From: a virus
DNA: 41,769 nt
Virus record (IMG/VR): IMGVR_UViG_3300046513_000210
Coordinates: 1-41,769 of that record
Reading direction: 5' to 3' (one strand)
Shown here: one piece after another, positions 32,869 to 41,674 of the stretch
Layout: each line of letters starts with the position of its first letter
How positions within the stretch are numbered: position 1 is the stretch's first letter
The notes under the pieces: model-generated
What the model was told of the DNA's origin: nothing
The model's input: the letters and a program-made list of their open reading frames with translations, nothing else
Databases searched by the model: none
Position numbers and translations under genes: made by a program

Positions 32869-33952
32869 CACAGGGTCAAAGGATCTTCCCCCGAATCTCT
32901 ACCGCAAGACTGACGCCCGCAACGGCGTCACTTATTACACCTACCGCGACCCGATCAGTGGTCGCGTGTTTGGTCTGGGCAAAGACAAGGAGGCCGCCAT
33001 TCGCGAGGCCGTTGCCGCCAACCACGCAGACACCATCAAGCCAACACTGACCGAACGCATCAGCACCCCAGCGCCAGCACCGGGCAAGCTGTTCTCGCAA
33101 TGGCTTGATGAATACCGCGAGCTTTTCGCCGAGCGCAAGCTATCCGCTAGCAGCAACAAAAACGTTCGCATGCGGATCAACCGCCTAGAGATTGAATTCG
33201 GCTCAAAGAGAATCAAGGAAATCACAACGATGGATGTGGCCGATTACCTGACAGGTATGGCCAAAGAGGGGAAAGCGCAGATGGCCCGGGCGATGCGCTC
33301 GCTGTTGCGAGACGTATTCGCCGAAGCTCAGGCGAGAGGATGGGCGGACAGCAACCCGGTCGAAGTGACCAAAGCGGCGCGGGTGAACATCAAGCGCGAG
33401 CGGCTGACGCTGGAACTATGGAAGGCAATTTATGCGGAAGCGACGAAACCGTGGCTTCGCCGGGCGATGGAGTTAGCGGTGCTCACTGGCCAGCGCCGCG
33501 ATGATATCGCCTCGATCCTATTCAAGGACGTGCACGACGGCTTCGTACACGTCGTCCAGTCGAAGACTGGCGCGCGACTCCGGATCAGCACTGCACTTCG
33601 CCTGGAGTCAGTCGGGCTTGATCTCGCCACCGTCATCAAACAATGCCGCGATCGCGTTCTGTCACAACACCTGGTGCATCATGCGCAAGCGTCGGGCCGG
33701 GCGAAGGCTGGCCAGCCTGTCGTGCTGGACACACTCAGCTCGGCATTTGCCGAGGCCCGGGACAAAGCCGGCGTCAAGCTGGGGATAACTTTTGGCCGGC
33801 AACCGCCGAGCTTCCACGAACAGCGATCGCTCGCCGCGCGCCTCCACGAAGACGAAGGTCGCGATGCGCAGAAACTGCTCGGTCACCGTTCGGCCGCAAT
33901 GACCGACCTGTATCGAGACAGTCGAGGCGCTGAGTGGATCGACGTGGCATAA
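32849..33952 (+). CDS. int: Integrase (lambda Int family tyrosine recombinase)
   Basis: LPPNLYRK...YRDPISGRVFGLGKDK, LTGQRRDD, QSKTG, FHEQRSLAARL, LLGHRS and DLYRDSRGAEW all parallel lambda Int. Overlaps xis by 20 nt. Confidence 0.93.
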   Translation: MAPRPRNTGSKDLPPNLYRKTDARNGVTYYTYRDPISGRVFGLGKDKEAAIREAVAANHADTIKPTLTERISTPAPAPGKLFSQWLDEYRELFAERKLSASSNKNVRMRINRLEIEFGSKRIKEITTMDVADYLTGMAKEGKAQMARAMRSLLRDVFAEAQARGWADSNPVEVTKAARVNIKRERLTLELWKAIYAEATKPWLRRAMELAVLTGQRRDDIASILFKDVHDGFVHVVQSKTGARLRISTALRLESVGLDLATVIKQCRDRVLSQHLVHHAQASGRAKAGQPVVLDTLSSAFAEARDKAGVKLGITFGRQPPSFHEQRSLAARLHEDEGRDAQKLLGHRSAAMTDLYRDSRGAEWIDVA

Positions 33953-34270
33953 TCCACGGCTGAATTTTTGGGCGATATTGGGGAAGTTTTGGGGAGGATT
34001 TTATGCCCAATGAAATCAAGCACTTAAAGCTTTACGGCATCAAAGCCTGGGATGCCTCATAAGAATCGTTCAAGGCCTTTTAAATCAAGGCCTTGCCCCC
34101 CAAATCAGCACCGCAAAGCACCACATTTTGCGACTGTTCAGAACTCAATAAACATTGGCCCGAACGGTTGCGTTTTGGGGAAGAAATCTACAGAGACAAT
34201 CCCGCCCCCGGCGTCCTGCCGAACATAATGCAAATCAAAACCACAATGCTGTAGCTGTATGGATGACGCG
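33953..34270. other. attP region
   Basis: AT-richer non-coding DNA right after int. TTTGGGG-type repeats at 33964-74, 33977-86, 33987-97, 34172-83 and, inverted, at 34093-106. The palindrome AAGGCCTT occurs twice (within 34070-79 and 34085-94), separated by TTAAATC. Confidence 0.6.
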
Positions 34271-34272
34271 AC

Positions 34273-34491
34273 GTGAAACGACTTGAAGACCTTACGCTTC
34301 CCCAATCCCTCCAGAGCAAAATCTCCAGCCTCGTACGCAGGGTTGCGGATGCACAGGGTGATGTCGATATCCGCATGGCGGTCGAGCGCGCAGAAGGATT
34401 CGTGGAGGGGCTGGAAGCGGCGCGCTGTTTAACCGATGCCACTATTGAGGCTCTCTTCATCATCATAGAAAGCGTAGCTGAGCGTCATTGA
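34273..34491 (+). CDS. 72-aa acidic helical hypothetical protein next to attP
   Basis: GTG start. Convergent with Rz, with stops overlapping by 7 nt. Moderate third-position GC. The competing minus ORF 34188..34466 looks like junk. Confidence 0.45.
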   Translation: MKRLEDLTLPQSLQSKISSLVRRVADAQGDVDIRMAVERAEGFVEGLEAARCLTDATIEALFIIIESVAERH

Positions 34492-34991
34492 GCCAAGGCT
34501 TTCACATAAGCCTGGCACGCCTGCAGGGCAATCAATCCCCGGTCGCCTTTGTCGGTGATGGCGATAATTCGTTGAGCATGCGCCGGGTCAAGTCTGGCTC
34601 GTACGGCTGCATGATCCACGCCGCCGGCGCCGGTGGTGGCTGGCAGGTTGCAGCCCTCGGCAACGTCGGTTGCATCGAGGAGGACTGACAGCCGCACATC
34701 AGCAGTGGCAAGGCGATCGCGCAGGCGATCTTGATCATGTTGGGCATCGGCCATTTTCCTATAGTGGGCTTGTTCGCTGGTCGCCAGGCTTTGCTCGAGC
34801 GCGAGTCGCTTGTCCTGCTCGGCCTGTTGGGCCGCGGCCGCAGCCAGTGTCAGTTGGTTCAGGGTTTCGGAATGCAGCTTTTCCTGCTCGGCAAGTTGCC
34901 GACCGCAACGCCAATCCTGAAACTGCCAGGCGCTGCCGGCGCCCACCAATACCAGCGCCAGCGCGCCAACCGTTTTCCACGGCACGACCAT
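34485..34991 (-). CDS. Rz: i-spanin (Rz family)
   Basis: N-terminal TM segment TVGALALVLVGAGSAW, a coiled coil, and C-terminal LQACQAYVKAL typical of Rz. TGATG overlap with the endolysin. Confidence 0.88.
   Translation of the reverse strand: MVVPWKTVGALALVLVGAGSAWQFQDWRCGRQLAEQEKLHSETLNQLTLAAAAAQQAEQDKRLALEQSLATSEQAHYRKMADAQHDQDRLRDRLATADVRLSVLLDATDVAEGCNLPATTGAGGVDHAAVRARLDPAHAQRIIAITDKGDRGLIALQACQAYVKALAQ
34532..34747 (-). CDS. Rz1: o-spanin (Rz1 lipoprotein) embedded in Rz in another frame
   Basis: IKIACAIALPLLMCGC signal/lipobox followed by the Pro-rich ATCQPPPAPAAW. Lies entirely inside Rz. Confidence 0.8.
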   Translation of the reverse strand: MPNMIKIACAIALPLLMCGCQSSSMQPTLPRAATCQPPPAPAAWIMQPYEPDLTRRMLNELSPSPTKATGD

Positions 34992-35413
34992 CACGGCACA
35001 TCCTTGAAGAAGACGTGGCCACCCAAATTCAGGGTTTGCTTTGCCTTTAGCGACCAGGCCGGCGCCCTGATGCTGGACGCGTAATAGTGTGTCGCGCCGT
35101 TGGTGGGGTCTGACACCTTGCCGTCGACAACCTGGTCAGCAGCGATCCGGCATTGCGCCAGCTCGCGGAACGGGATCTGCTTAACGCCGATCAGGAACTG
35201 ATAGTTCGGGTCGGTCTTGTTCCAGCAACTGAACTGGTACGGCTTCTGGCAAACACCTGCGTAGCCCTCCCCCCACCACGAATTGGTCTTGCCATCGAAC
35301 ACGCGGTTGCGGATTGCCCAAGCCACGGCGATCTGTCCGGCAGTTCCTTCGCCGCGGGCTTCGCCCCACAACGTTCGCGCAAGGATGTCGCGATCCCTCT
35401 CGGTTACATTCAT
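34991..35413 (-). CDS. Endolysin, SleB-type cell-wall hydrolase (Hydrolase_2 family)
   Basis: ARTLWGEARGEG..GQIAVAWAIRNRV...VCQKPYQFSCWN. Start at MNVTERD (ATG 35413) with a GGAG RBS. No signal or SAR segment is visible. Confidence 0.85.
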   Translation of the reverse strand: MNVTERDRDILARTLWGEARGEGTAGQIAVAWAIRNRVFDGKTNSWWGEGYAGVCQKPYQFSCWNKTDPNYQFLIGVKQIPFRELAQCRIAADQVVDGKVSDPTNGATHYYASSIRAPAWSLKAKQTLNLGGHVFFKDVP

Positions 35414-35427
35414 CACTTTTCTCCAGA

Positions 35428-35454
35428 CAAAAAAATGCCCGCTCAATGGCGGGC
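35428..35454 (-). terminator. Intrinsic terminator immediately upstream of the endolysin gene
   Basis: Minus strand reads GCCCGC-CATTGA-GCGGGC followed by ATTTTTTTG. Confidence 0.7.
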
Positions 35455-35456
35455 TT

Positions 35457-35798
35457 CTATGATTGAGGTGGCTCAGGCCAATCCGGCGCTTCTGGCCAGC
35501 CGGGGCGATCCGGGGTCTTGCCCAGCGCGCTTCGGTACTTTTTCCAGACTTTCAGCCTGGCCAAGTCCTCCTCGGTGATTTCCTCGATATCGAAATCGTC
35601 CTGCAGCGGTTGGATGACGACGCCGGCGGCTTCCATGCGGGCAGACAGATCGCTTCTGTTCTCCCGATCCCTTTCGATCCGAGCGAGGTTGTCGACCAAC
35701 CATTGAGGTATCTGCTCGACAAACGTTTCGCCATCCACGACGCCCCGATCTTCGGTGTAAGGCGCCCATGACGTTTCAGTGATCACAAATCCATTCAT
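35457..35798 (-). CDS. Tail fibre assembly chaperone (Tfa family)
   Basis: The C-terminus LARLKVWKKYRSALGKTPDRPGWPEAPDWPEPP is typical of the Caudo_TAP family. Follows the fibre gene. Confidence 0.8.
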   Translation of the reverse strand: MNGFVITETSWAPYTEDRGVVDGETFVEQIPQWLVDNLARIERDRENRSDLSARMEAAGVVIQPLQDDFDIEEITEEDLARLKVWKKYRSALGKTPDRPGWPEAPDWPEPPQS

Positions 35799-35802
35799 AC
35801 CG

Positions 35803-36945
35803 TTATCGCTCCGCGCTGTAACCGAGGATGTCAAAATTCGCGCTACCACCTGTAGAGTTGAAATAGAACACAAAGCAAAGGTTTACGAGAGGCAGCCTGA
35901 GCACTTGCCGAGTCGAGCTATCTATTGCCCTGACCAGCATGTACTGAAACTCGTAGTCGGTGATCCAAAGCGTCGGCCCGCCAGTGCCTGCCGTTGCGTT
36001 GTGGCAGCTGACCAAAGCACTCTTGGCAATGGGCGGAACCACCGTAATCAAATAGACCGTGTACGGCGTGACTGAAGAGTTGCCGGCGACAATCCGATAC
36101 GGCGACGCGTTCAAGGTGTTGCGATACTCCATCATGTCGCCGTTTTGAACGGTTTTCAGAATGTTCCCACCGGGGCCGGTTCTTACTGAAAACAGAAAGC
36201 GTCGGCTCGGGTCACCCGACTTCTGCCGGGCTGTTCCGCCGGTGTACGCGTCAGCAATGACGGTACTAAGCTCCAGCGTCGGAGCTCCAGCATTGCTGTA
36301 GAGATACAGGTAATAGAAGGTGTCCGGCGAAAGGCTTCCGTTTGATATGTTGAGATTGAGGTAGTTCGAGACTTCGAGCGGGCGGCCGAGTGCCGGTATG
36401 TACGCTGCGCCCGGAGAGATGCTGATCTGCGTGCCGGAGATCCAGTTGAAGTTCAGCCCTTCGATGTAGCCCTTTGAGACGCCACCCTGCGCCGGAGTCA
36501 GCGCGGTGCTAAGCGCGGTCAGCGCAGTGATATCCGCATTGCTCCCGCTCTTCGCAGCACCCAAGCCTGCGCGGGCAGTCGCTTGATCATTTCCCCCTGT
36601 GCCGCCTTTTGCGACGGGCAGAAAGTCGTAGTTGCCCGTGGTGCCGAGCGCTGCCAGCTTCGCGCCGTACTGATTGACGAGCGAATTCAGCGCATCTGCT
36701 GAGTCTTTGACATAGCCCTGCATCGGCGCCAAGGCGTAGGTGCCGCCGGCAATGGTAGCGCCACGATAAGTTGGCGAAATCGACATGGCGGTGTCGCTGG
36801 CAATATTGGTCACCTCGTACCATCCACCGTCCGGGCCTCGAAACGCATCACCGACACGGCTGTTTGCGATGAATGCTGTGCCGGCACCGAGTACTGCATT
36901 GGAATTTTGGGTGACAGAAACCGTTCCCGATTTATACCAGGGCAT
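35803..36945 (-). CDS. Tail fibre protein
   Basis: MPWYKSGTVSVTQNSNAVLGAGTAF...FLPVAKGGTGGNDQATARAGLG is a conserved fibre N-terminus. 380 aa with a lower-GC C-terminal part. Confidence 0.85.
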   Translation of the reverse strand: MPWYKSGTVSVTQNSNAVLGAGTAFIANSRVGDAFRGPDGGWYEVTNIASDTAMSISPTYRGATIAGGTYALAPMQGYVKDSADALNSLVNQYGAKLAALGTTGNYDFLPVAKGGTGGNDQATARAGLGAAKSGSNADITALTALSTALTPAQGGVSKGYIEGLNFNWISGTQISISPGAAYIPALGRPLEVSNYLNLNISNGSLSPDTFYYLYLYSNAGAPTLELSTVIADAYTGGTARQKSGDPSRRFLFSVRTGPGGNILKTVQNGDMMEYRNTLNASPYRIVAGNSSVTPYTVYLITVVPPIAKSALVSCHNATAGTGGPTLWITDYEFQYMLVRAIDSSTRQVLRLPLVNLCFVFYFNSTGGSANFDILGYSAER

Positions 36946-36965
36946 GGCTATATCCTAAAAAGAGG

Positions 36966-37646
36966 TTAAACGGCTTGTTTGGCGAAAACGGCCGGCAGGA
37001 AGAATGCAGTCGGATTAGAGGCTGCGTTGGTGATGGCGTAGAGTTTTTTGTTGGGAAAATCCCACCAGCAGGCCAGGTTCCTTGGGATCGCGCTACCCGC
37101 GGTCATTGGCATGCCGAAGGTGTTTATCAGCATGAATTCGTTCTGCGGAAAATCGAAAGGAACCGAGTAGAAAACCCGAGTAAGGCCCTGATCGCCTGTG
37201 TCAGAGGTGACGTAAGTCCAACTCTGGAAAGCTCTCGTGAAGACTGCGTTTGGAGTGTCTGAATCGAAGAGTAACTTTCCGGCACCATCCCACAGACGCA
37301 TCCCATACATGGCAACTGGCTGCGCCGCAAAAGCAGCCACGAAGTAACGGCCGTTTGGCTGAGCGGTGTTGACGTTGTAAGCCCTGACGTAGAAGCCCGT
37401 CCAGTTACCAGCTGATCCGATGAGTTTCATCTGACACAGCCCGGCAATCGCATTAACTGTGTCAGGGCGCACAAACACCAGCGGCGGTTCCTGTGAAGTC
37501 ACCGGCCGAGCGAAATACGTGGTTGATCCGAGGCCACTTTCTTGAGTAGGAGCGAACCTGCCAGATGAGATAACCATCAATCGAGCATACTCAGAATCAA
37601 GCGTCACAACGCCGCTGTTGTTGGTGAACTGAAGTCCATAAGCCAT
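36966..37646 (-). CDS. Distal tail protein of unknown function (two copies of an MxYG[ML] module)
   Basis: Start at ATG 37646, preceded by GAGGTGGAG. N-terminus MAYGLQF..., with an internal MYGMRLWDGAGKLLFDSD repeat. Confidence 0.8.
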   Translation of the reverse strand: MAYGLQFTNNSGVVTLDSEYARLMVISSGRFAPTQESGLGSTTYFARPVTSQEPPLVFVRPDTVNAIAGLCQMKLIGSAGNWTGFYVRAYNVNTAQPNGRYFVAAFAAQPVAMYGMRLWDGAGKLLFDSDTPNAVFTRAFQSWTYVTSDTGDQGLTRVFYSVPFDFPQNEFMLINTFGMPMTAGSAIPRNLACWWDFPNKKLYAITNAASNPTAFFLPAVFAKQAV

Positions 37647-37969
37647 CAGCTCCACCTCATAACAATCAATCTCATCGTTCCTGATGAGGTGTAGCTTGCG
37701 GCAAAGGTTCGGGTGTGGTTATAAACACGCACTACACCATCGAGCATTTCAGTCTCGAACTGCATCTGGTCGCTGGCATAGGAACCGTTAGGGATCACAA
37801 ACGCCGTCCCATTTCCAGGGCCGACACCGGGCACTGCAAAATCCTGACTTCCCTTGGGCGCCTTCAATGGAAAAGTCACCAGCGTCGATAGCGCAGCCCG
37901 AATCGTAAATGAGTTTTCGTCGACCTGAAGCAAACTATCTGCGCCCCAGATCCGCATACCGTAAGCCAT
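37646..37969 (-). CDS. Distal tail protein of unknown function (one copy of the same module)
   Basis: MAYGMRIWGADSLLQVDENSF... Lies directly after J. Confidence 0.8.
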   Translation of the reverse strand: MAYGMRIWGADSLLQVDENSFTIRAALSTLVTFPLKAPKGSQDFAVPGVGPGNGTAFVIPNGSYASDQMQFETEMLDGVVRVYNHTRTFAASYTSSGTMRLIVMRWS

Positions 37970-37972
37970 TTA

Positions 37973-40900
37973 TCACCCCAAATAGCCGAGACGAACGCGC
38001 AATACATTGTTCGCGTCATAGACCGAAACGTTGAGAGAGTTGATCACCAGCCGCCCCTGACCAGGAACAATGCCGTTGATCTCCAGCGTGCCGTCCTTGT
38101 TGAGGATCCAGCCTTGTTGACCGGCGATGTAGTTGGTGGAGCTGATGTAGTTGCCAATCTTGGCGTTGGTGATTGCCCCGTCCATGATGAACGCCGAGTT
38201 CATAAACACCTGCCCGCCCTGCACCGCAAACGGAACCGAGATGGCACCGCCAGCGATAGTGTTCACGATGGCAAACCGATCAGCACTCACCAAGAACTGG
38301 CTTTGTAGTCCCGCTCCAGTATTTTCGATGCCCAAGCCAATACCGGCGGCGACATACTGGCCGTTCGAAGTGACCTGCATCTTCACTGACCACATCGTGG
38401 AAAGTTTGCCGGCGGTGTCTGCGTAAGCGGTCGAAGTCTGCTGGATAGCGGCGGTGTTCTGCTGAATCGCTGACCCGTTTTGCTGAATCGCCGAACCGTT
38501 CTGCCCGACCGACACAGTAAGCTGATCAATCTTGGTCGCCGTCGAGGACTGGTTGGTGACCACCACCTGTGTAAGCGATGAAACGTTGGCCGAGTTCTGC
38601 CCTACGCGCGCATCGAGAGTCTCGAGTCGTGTGGAGGTTGCGGACTGATTGGTAGCAACGACCTGCGTGAGCTCGCTTACATTGGCCGCGCTCTGGCCAA
38701 CCTGTGCATCCAGTGTCTCAACCTTCCGCGCCGACGCCTCAGTTTCAGTGGCGCGAACCTGCGATTCAGCGGCGATAGCAGCAGTACTGGCCCATGCTTT
38801 CAGTGCGCCAGCCAGATCCCCTTCCCCGTTATCGTCCCTCGCCGACGCACGCAGCGCTTCAGACGCCGTCGCTTGTGCGGTAACCACACCGTCGAGCTCA
38901 GTGATATCGATGGTGTTGAACGCGACCTGCTGCGCCAAACCGTTTGCCGTCTCGATAGACTGACCAACGTCCAGCCAGAAACCGGCGTCCGGCGGCGGCG
39001 TGTTGATTGGCACCTCGCTTTTGGCCTGGAAGATGCGGCCGTCCGCAATGACCATCTGATCTTTCTCATAGACCTGATCAGACTTGTATGCGGAAAGGCC
39101 ATCCAGCGCATCGATCTGTGCCTGTATCCCCGGGATTTTCTGAATTTCGTCCAGCAGATCTTTGCCGAGCTCCGTCTCTGTGATCTGGCCGGCAATCATG
39201 TCGAGGATGTCGCTCGCGCTCGAGCTTGATTGGCCTTGCACGCCAATCCCGATTGGATACCATGGGCCAATGTTGCCGATTTTGTCGACGATCCTCCCCC
39301 AGAAATAAAAGGTCACGCCTGCCGCAAGCCCGAGCATGGAAAAATCGCTCTGTGGGTATGCCAGGTCGGTCAGTTTGGTTGCAGCCTCGAGGCTGGTCGT
39401 AGGCCCGTACCAGATTTCCGTCCGCTGACTGTCTTCCGCTCCGGCGGGGAATCCCCATTTCAGATAGATGCCGAACAGCAGCGGCGTGGCTGTCAGATAA
39501 CTGAGAGCTGGTGGCAAGCCCTCCTTCCCCTTCAGATTCGTCAGGATCGAATTGCGCCAAGGCGACGTGATGTCGAAGGCACTCACTGCGCGAACCCGGG
39601 CCACATACGCGCCAGCGTAGATGCCAACCACATCAACGTTGGTCAAGCCTGTGCGCTGCACCTTGATCCAGTTGCCGCTGTCCTTGCGCCATTCGACGTC
39701 ATAGCCAACCGCGCCATCCACAGCGGGCCAACTGATCGTCATGGTGGCCACGGCCATTCCCTGAACAATCGACGATGTCGACGCGAGGGCTACGCTGGCC
39801 GGCGCCGGCACCACGGTGATTGGAATGACGCTGATTGGACGCTCTTCCAGCCGCGCGCCCGTGTCAATGTAGGCGAACTTGCTCGGCTCGAACTGCAGCG
39901 CGCTGATCTCGAAGTCGCCTTCGGTTGTGCGCTTGGTGCGCAGCACGCGATACAGCGGGATCGCAAGATCGTCAGCATCCAACGCCCATTGCAGCTGCGC
40001 GATCGGTGGTTCGCTGTAGGCGACAGTCACGGTCACGGCGCGGCCGTTGACGCTCAGCACGGTGCGACCTTCGGCGCGGCCGCCAGGCAGGTTGATGATC
40101 AGTCGATCACCGGCCTTGGCCTGGGTGTCGCGATCGAGCGTAATGACCCTGCCGGCCGCCTTCGAAATGCGGCCGCCGACTTCACGCCCCGCGAGAAGTG
40201 AATCGGCCACCGGGATGATATGCCCAGGCAACGGGATGACGCCTTCCATACCGGTTTTGAACGACACGGTGCGGTCTTGGTTGTTGCTGAGGATTGCCCA
40301 CTTTCCGCGCCGCTGCGCCTCGGACGCGCGCGTGCAGCCAATGGCGCTCAGCTCAGTCGGCCGATCACCATAGCGACGTTGCAGATCCAGATCGGCAAAC
40401 GGAATGACGTCGGTGTCGTAGTTGTTCGCGGGGTTGTCGTAGCTGACCAGAGCTCGGGTGTAACGGGTTTTCGCCGAGGCGCTGCCGTAGGAGAACTTAC
40501 CGTCGATGACGTTCGAGCGGGTGAAGACGTAATCGATGTCCTGCGCGCGTGGCATGTCGGCCTGCATCACCAACTGGCCTTGCGCCCAATACGTCATGCC
40601 TCGGTAGATCGCCGAGATATCGCGCAGCAGCGACCAGGCATCGGCCTTGCCTTGCAGGTTCATATCGCAAAGGAAACGCGGCTCGGTACCGCCAAGCCCG
40701 TTCGGCACCAACTGGTCGCAGTACTGCGCGATCCGGTACAGCTCCCACTTATCGACCATGAACGGCTTGATGCGCTTACCCAAACCGAATCGATCTTCGG
40801 TGCAAACGCCGTAGGTGATCCATGCGGGGTTATTCGTCCAGGCGGACTTCATCGATCCGTCCCACGTACCGGTATAGGTGCGCTGCACTGGATCATAGGT

Positions 40901-41674
40901 GCTCGGCACCATCCAGCGCCGTGCCTTGCACTTCACGGTCACGGCCGGGATGTTGGTGAACTGTTCGGCGTCGAACTCGATATAGAGCAGCGCGGTATTC
41001 GGGTACCGCAGCTTGGCGTCGATCACCTCGGTATAACCGGCCACCAGCATGGTGTCAGCGATCTTGTTGCTGTTCTGGTTCGGCGTCAGGCGGCGCACCC
41101 GGATCTGCCAACCCGTTGTTGCTTCGGGCAGGTCGATACGGCGGGAGCGCTCGTAGCGCGTGGTGGTCTTGCCGTCGACCGCGTCCACCAGCACCTGCTG
41201 ATAGGCGCCGCCATCGGTGGCCACGTCGATTGCGTACTCGATGCGGTACCCGCCGATGTTGCCTTCGTCGTCTGCCCGTTGCAGCGCCGGCCACGCCAAG
41301 CGCACCCGCACCGCCGACAATTGAATGTTGCTAATGGAGCGCACCCAAGCCGCGTCGCTGCGCAGTTCGATGTTCAGCGATGTCTCGTTCTCCACGGACG
41401 GAATGCCCGGGATGTAGGTTTGATCCACGGAGCCCGGGCGCCAGTCCCACTTCACATTGGGGAAGTTGTAGTTGCCGCTGGCATCGCGGATCGGCGTGTT
41501 GTCCAGATAGATGTCGTAGTCGGTCGGGATCCCGTCGAACTCACCCTCGCCCACCGCGATCAGCAGCTTTGCCAGGTTGGTCGAGCGCAGGCTGTCGCTG
41601 GCTTCGACCGGCGACTTCGGCTTGCTGCTGCCGCCCTTCTCACCGTGGATCTCGATCTGTTCTGCTGCGCCCAT
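37973..41674 (-). CDS. J: Host specificity / central tail fibre protein J
   Basis: 1233 aa, collinear by eye with lambda J: the N-terminal GGSSKPKSPVEA..LRST, YPNTALL, GGTEPRF and the MWSVK...GIGL...SQFLV...RFA motifs. It lacks a lambda-type C-terminal receptor domain. Confidence 0.93.
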   Translation of the reverse strand: MGAAEQIEIHGEKGGSSKPKSPVEASDSLRSTNLAKLLIAVGEGEFDGIPTDYDIYLDNTPIRDASGNYNFPNVKWDWRPGSVDQTYIPGIPSVENETSLNIELRSDAAWVRSISNIQLSAVRVRLAWPALQRADDEGNIGGYRIEYAIDVATDGGAYQQVLVDAVDGKTTTRYERSRRIDLPEATTGWQIRVRRLTPNQNSNKIADTMLVAGYTEVIDAKLRYPNTALLYIEFDAEQFTNIPAVTVKCKARRWMVPSTYDPVQRTYTGTWDGSMKSAWTNNPAWITYGVCTEDRFGLGKRIKPFMVDKWELYRIAQYCDQLVPNGLGGTEPRFLCDMNLQGKADAWSLLRDISAIYRGMTYWAQGQLVMQADMPRAQDIDYVFTRSNVIDGKFSYGSASAKTRYTRALVSYDNPANNYDTDVIPFADLDLQRRYGDRPTELSAIGCTRASEAQRRGKWAILSNNQDRTVSFKTGMEGVIPLPGHIIPVADSLLAGREVGGRISKAAGRVITLDRDTQAKAGDRLIINLPGGRAEGRTVLSVNGRAVTVTVAYSEPPIAQLQWALDADDLAIPLYRVLRTKRTTEGDFEISALQFEPSKFAYIDTGARLEERPISVIPITVVPAPASVALASTSSIVQGMAVATMTISWPAVDGAVGYDVEWRKDSGNWIKVQRTGLTNVDVVGIYAGAYVARVRAVSAFDITSPWRNSILTNLKGKEGLPPALSYLTATPLLFGIYLKWGFPAGAEDSQRTEIWYGPTTSLEAATKLTDLAYPQSDFSMLGLAAGVTFYFWGRIVDKIGNIGPWYPIGIGVQGQSSSSASDILDMIAGQITETELGKDLLDEIQKIPGIQAQIDALDGLSAYKSDQVYEKDQMVIADGRIFQAKSEVPINTPPPDAGFWLDVGQSIETANGLAQQVAFNTIDITELDGVVTAQATASEALRASARDDNGEGDLAGALKAWASTAAIAAESQVRATETEASARKVETLDAQVGQSAANVSELTQVVATNQSATSTRLETLDARVGQNSANVSSLTQVVVTNQSSTATKIDQLTVSVGQNGSAIQQNGSAIQQNTAAIQQTSTAYADTAGKLSTMWSVKMQVTSNGQYVAAGIGLGIENTGAGLQSQFLVSADRFAIVNTIAGGAISVPFAVQGGQVFMNSAFIMDGAITNAKIGNYISSTNYIAGQQGWILNKDGTLEINGIVPGQGRLVINSLNVSVYDANNVLRVRLGYLG

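Noticed and set aside
34188-34466. 92-aa minus-strand ORF next to attP
   Set aside because: The translation is Ser/Arg/Thr-rich and junk-like. The plus-strand 72-aa alternative is more protein-like, but it is itself only moderately supported.
38439-38730. Tandem repeats as a possible CRISPR-like or non-coding array
   Set aside because: The repeats are in frame inside J, are contiguous without spacers, and translate into a sensible heptad-like motif.
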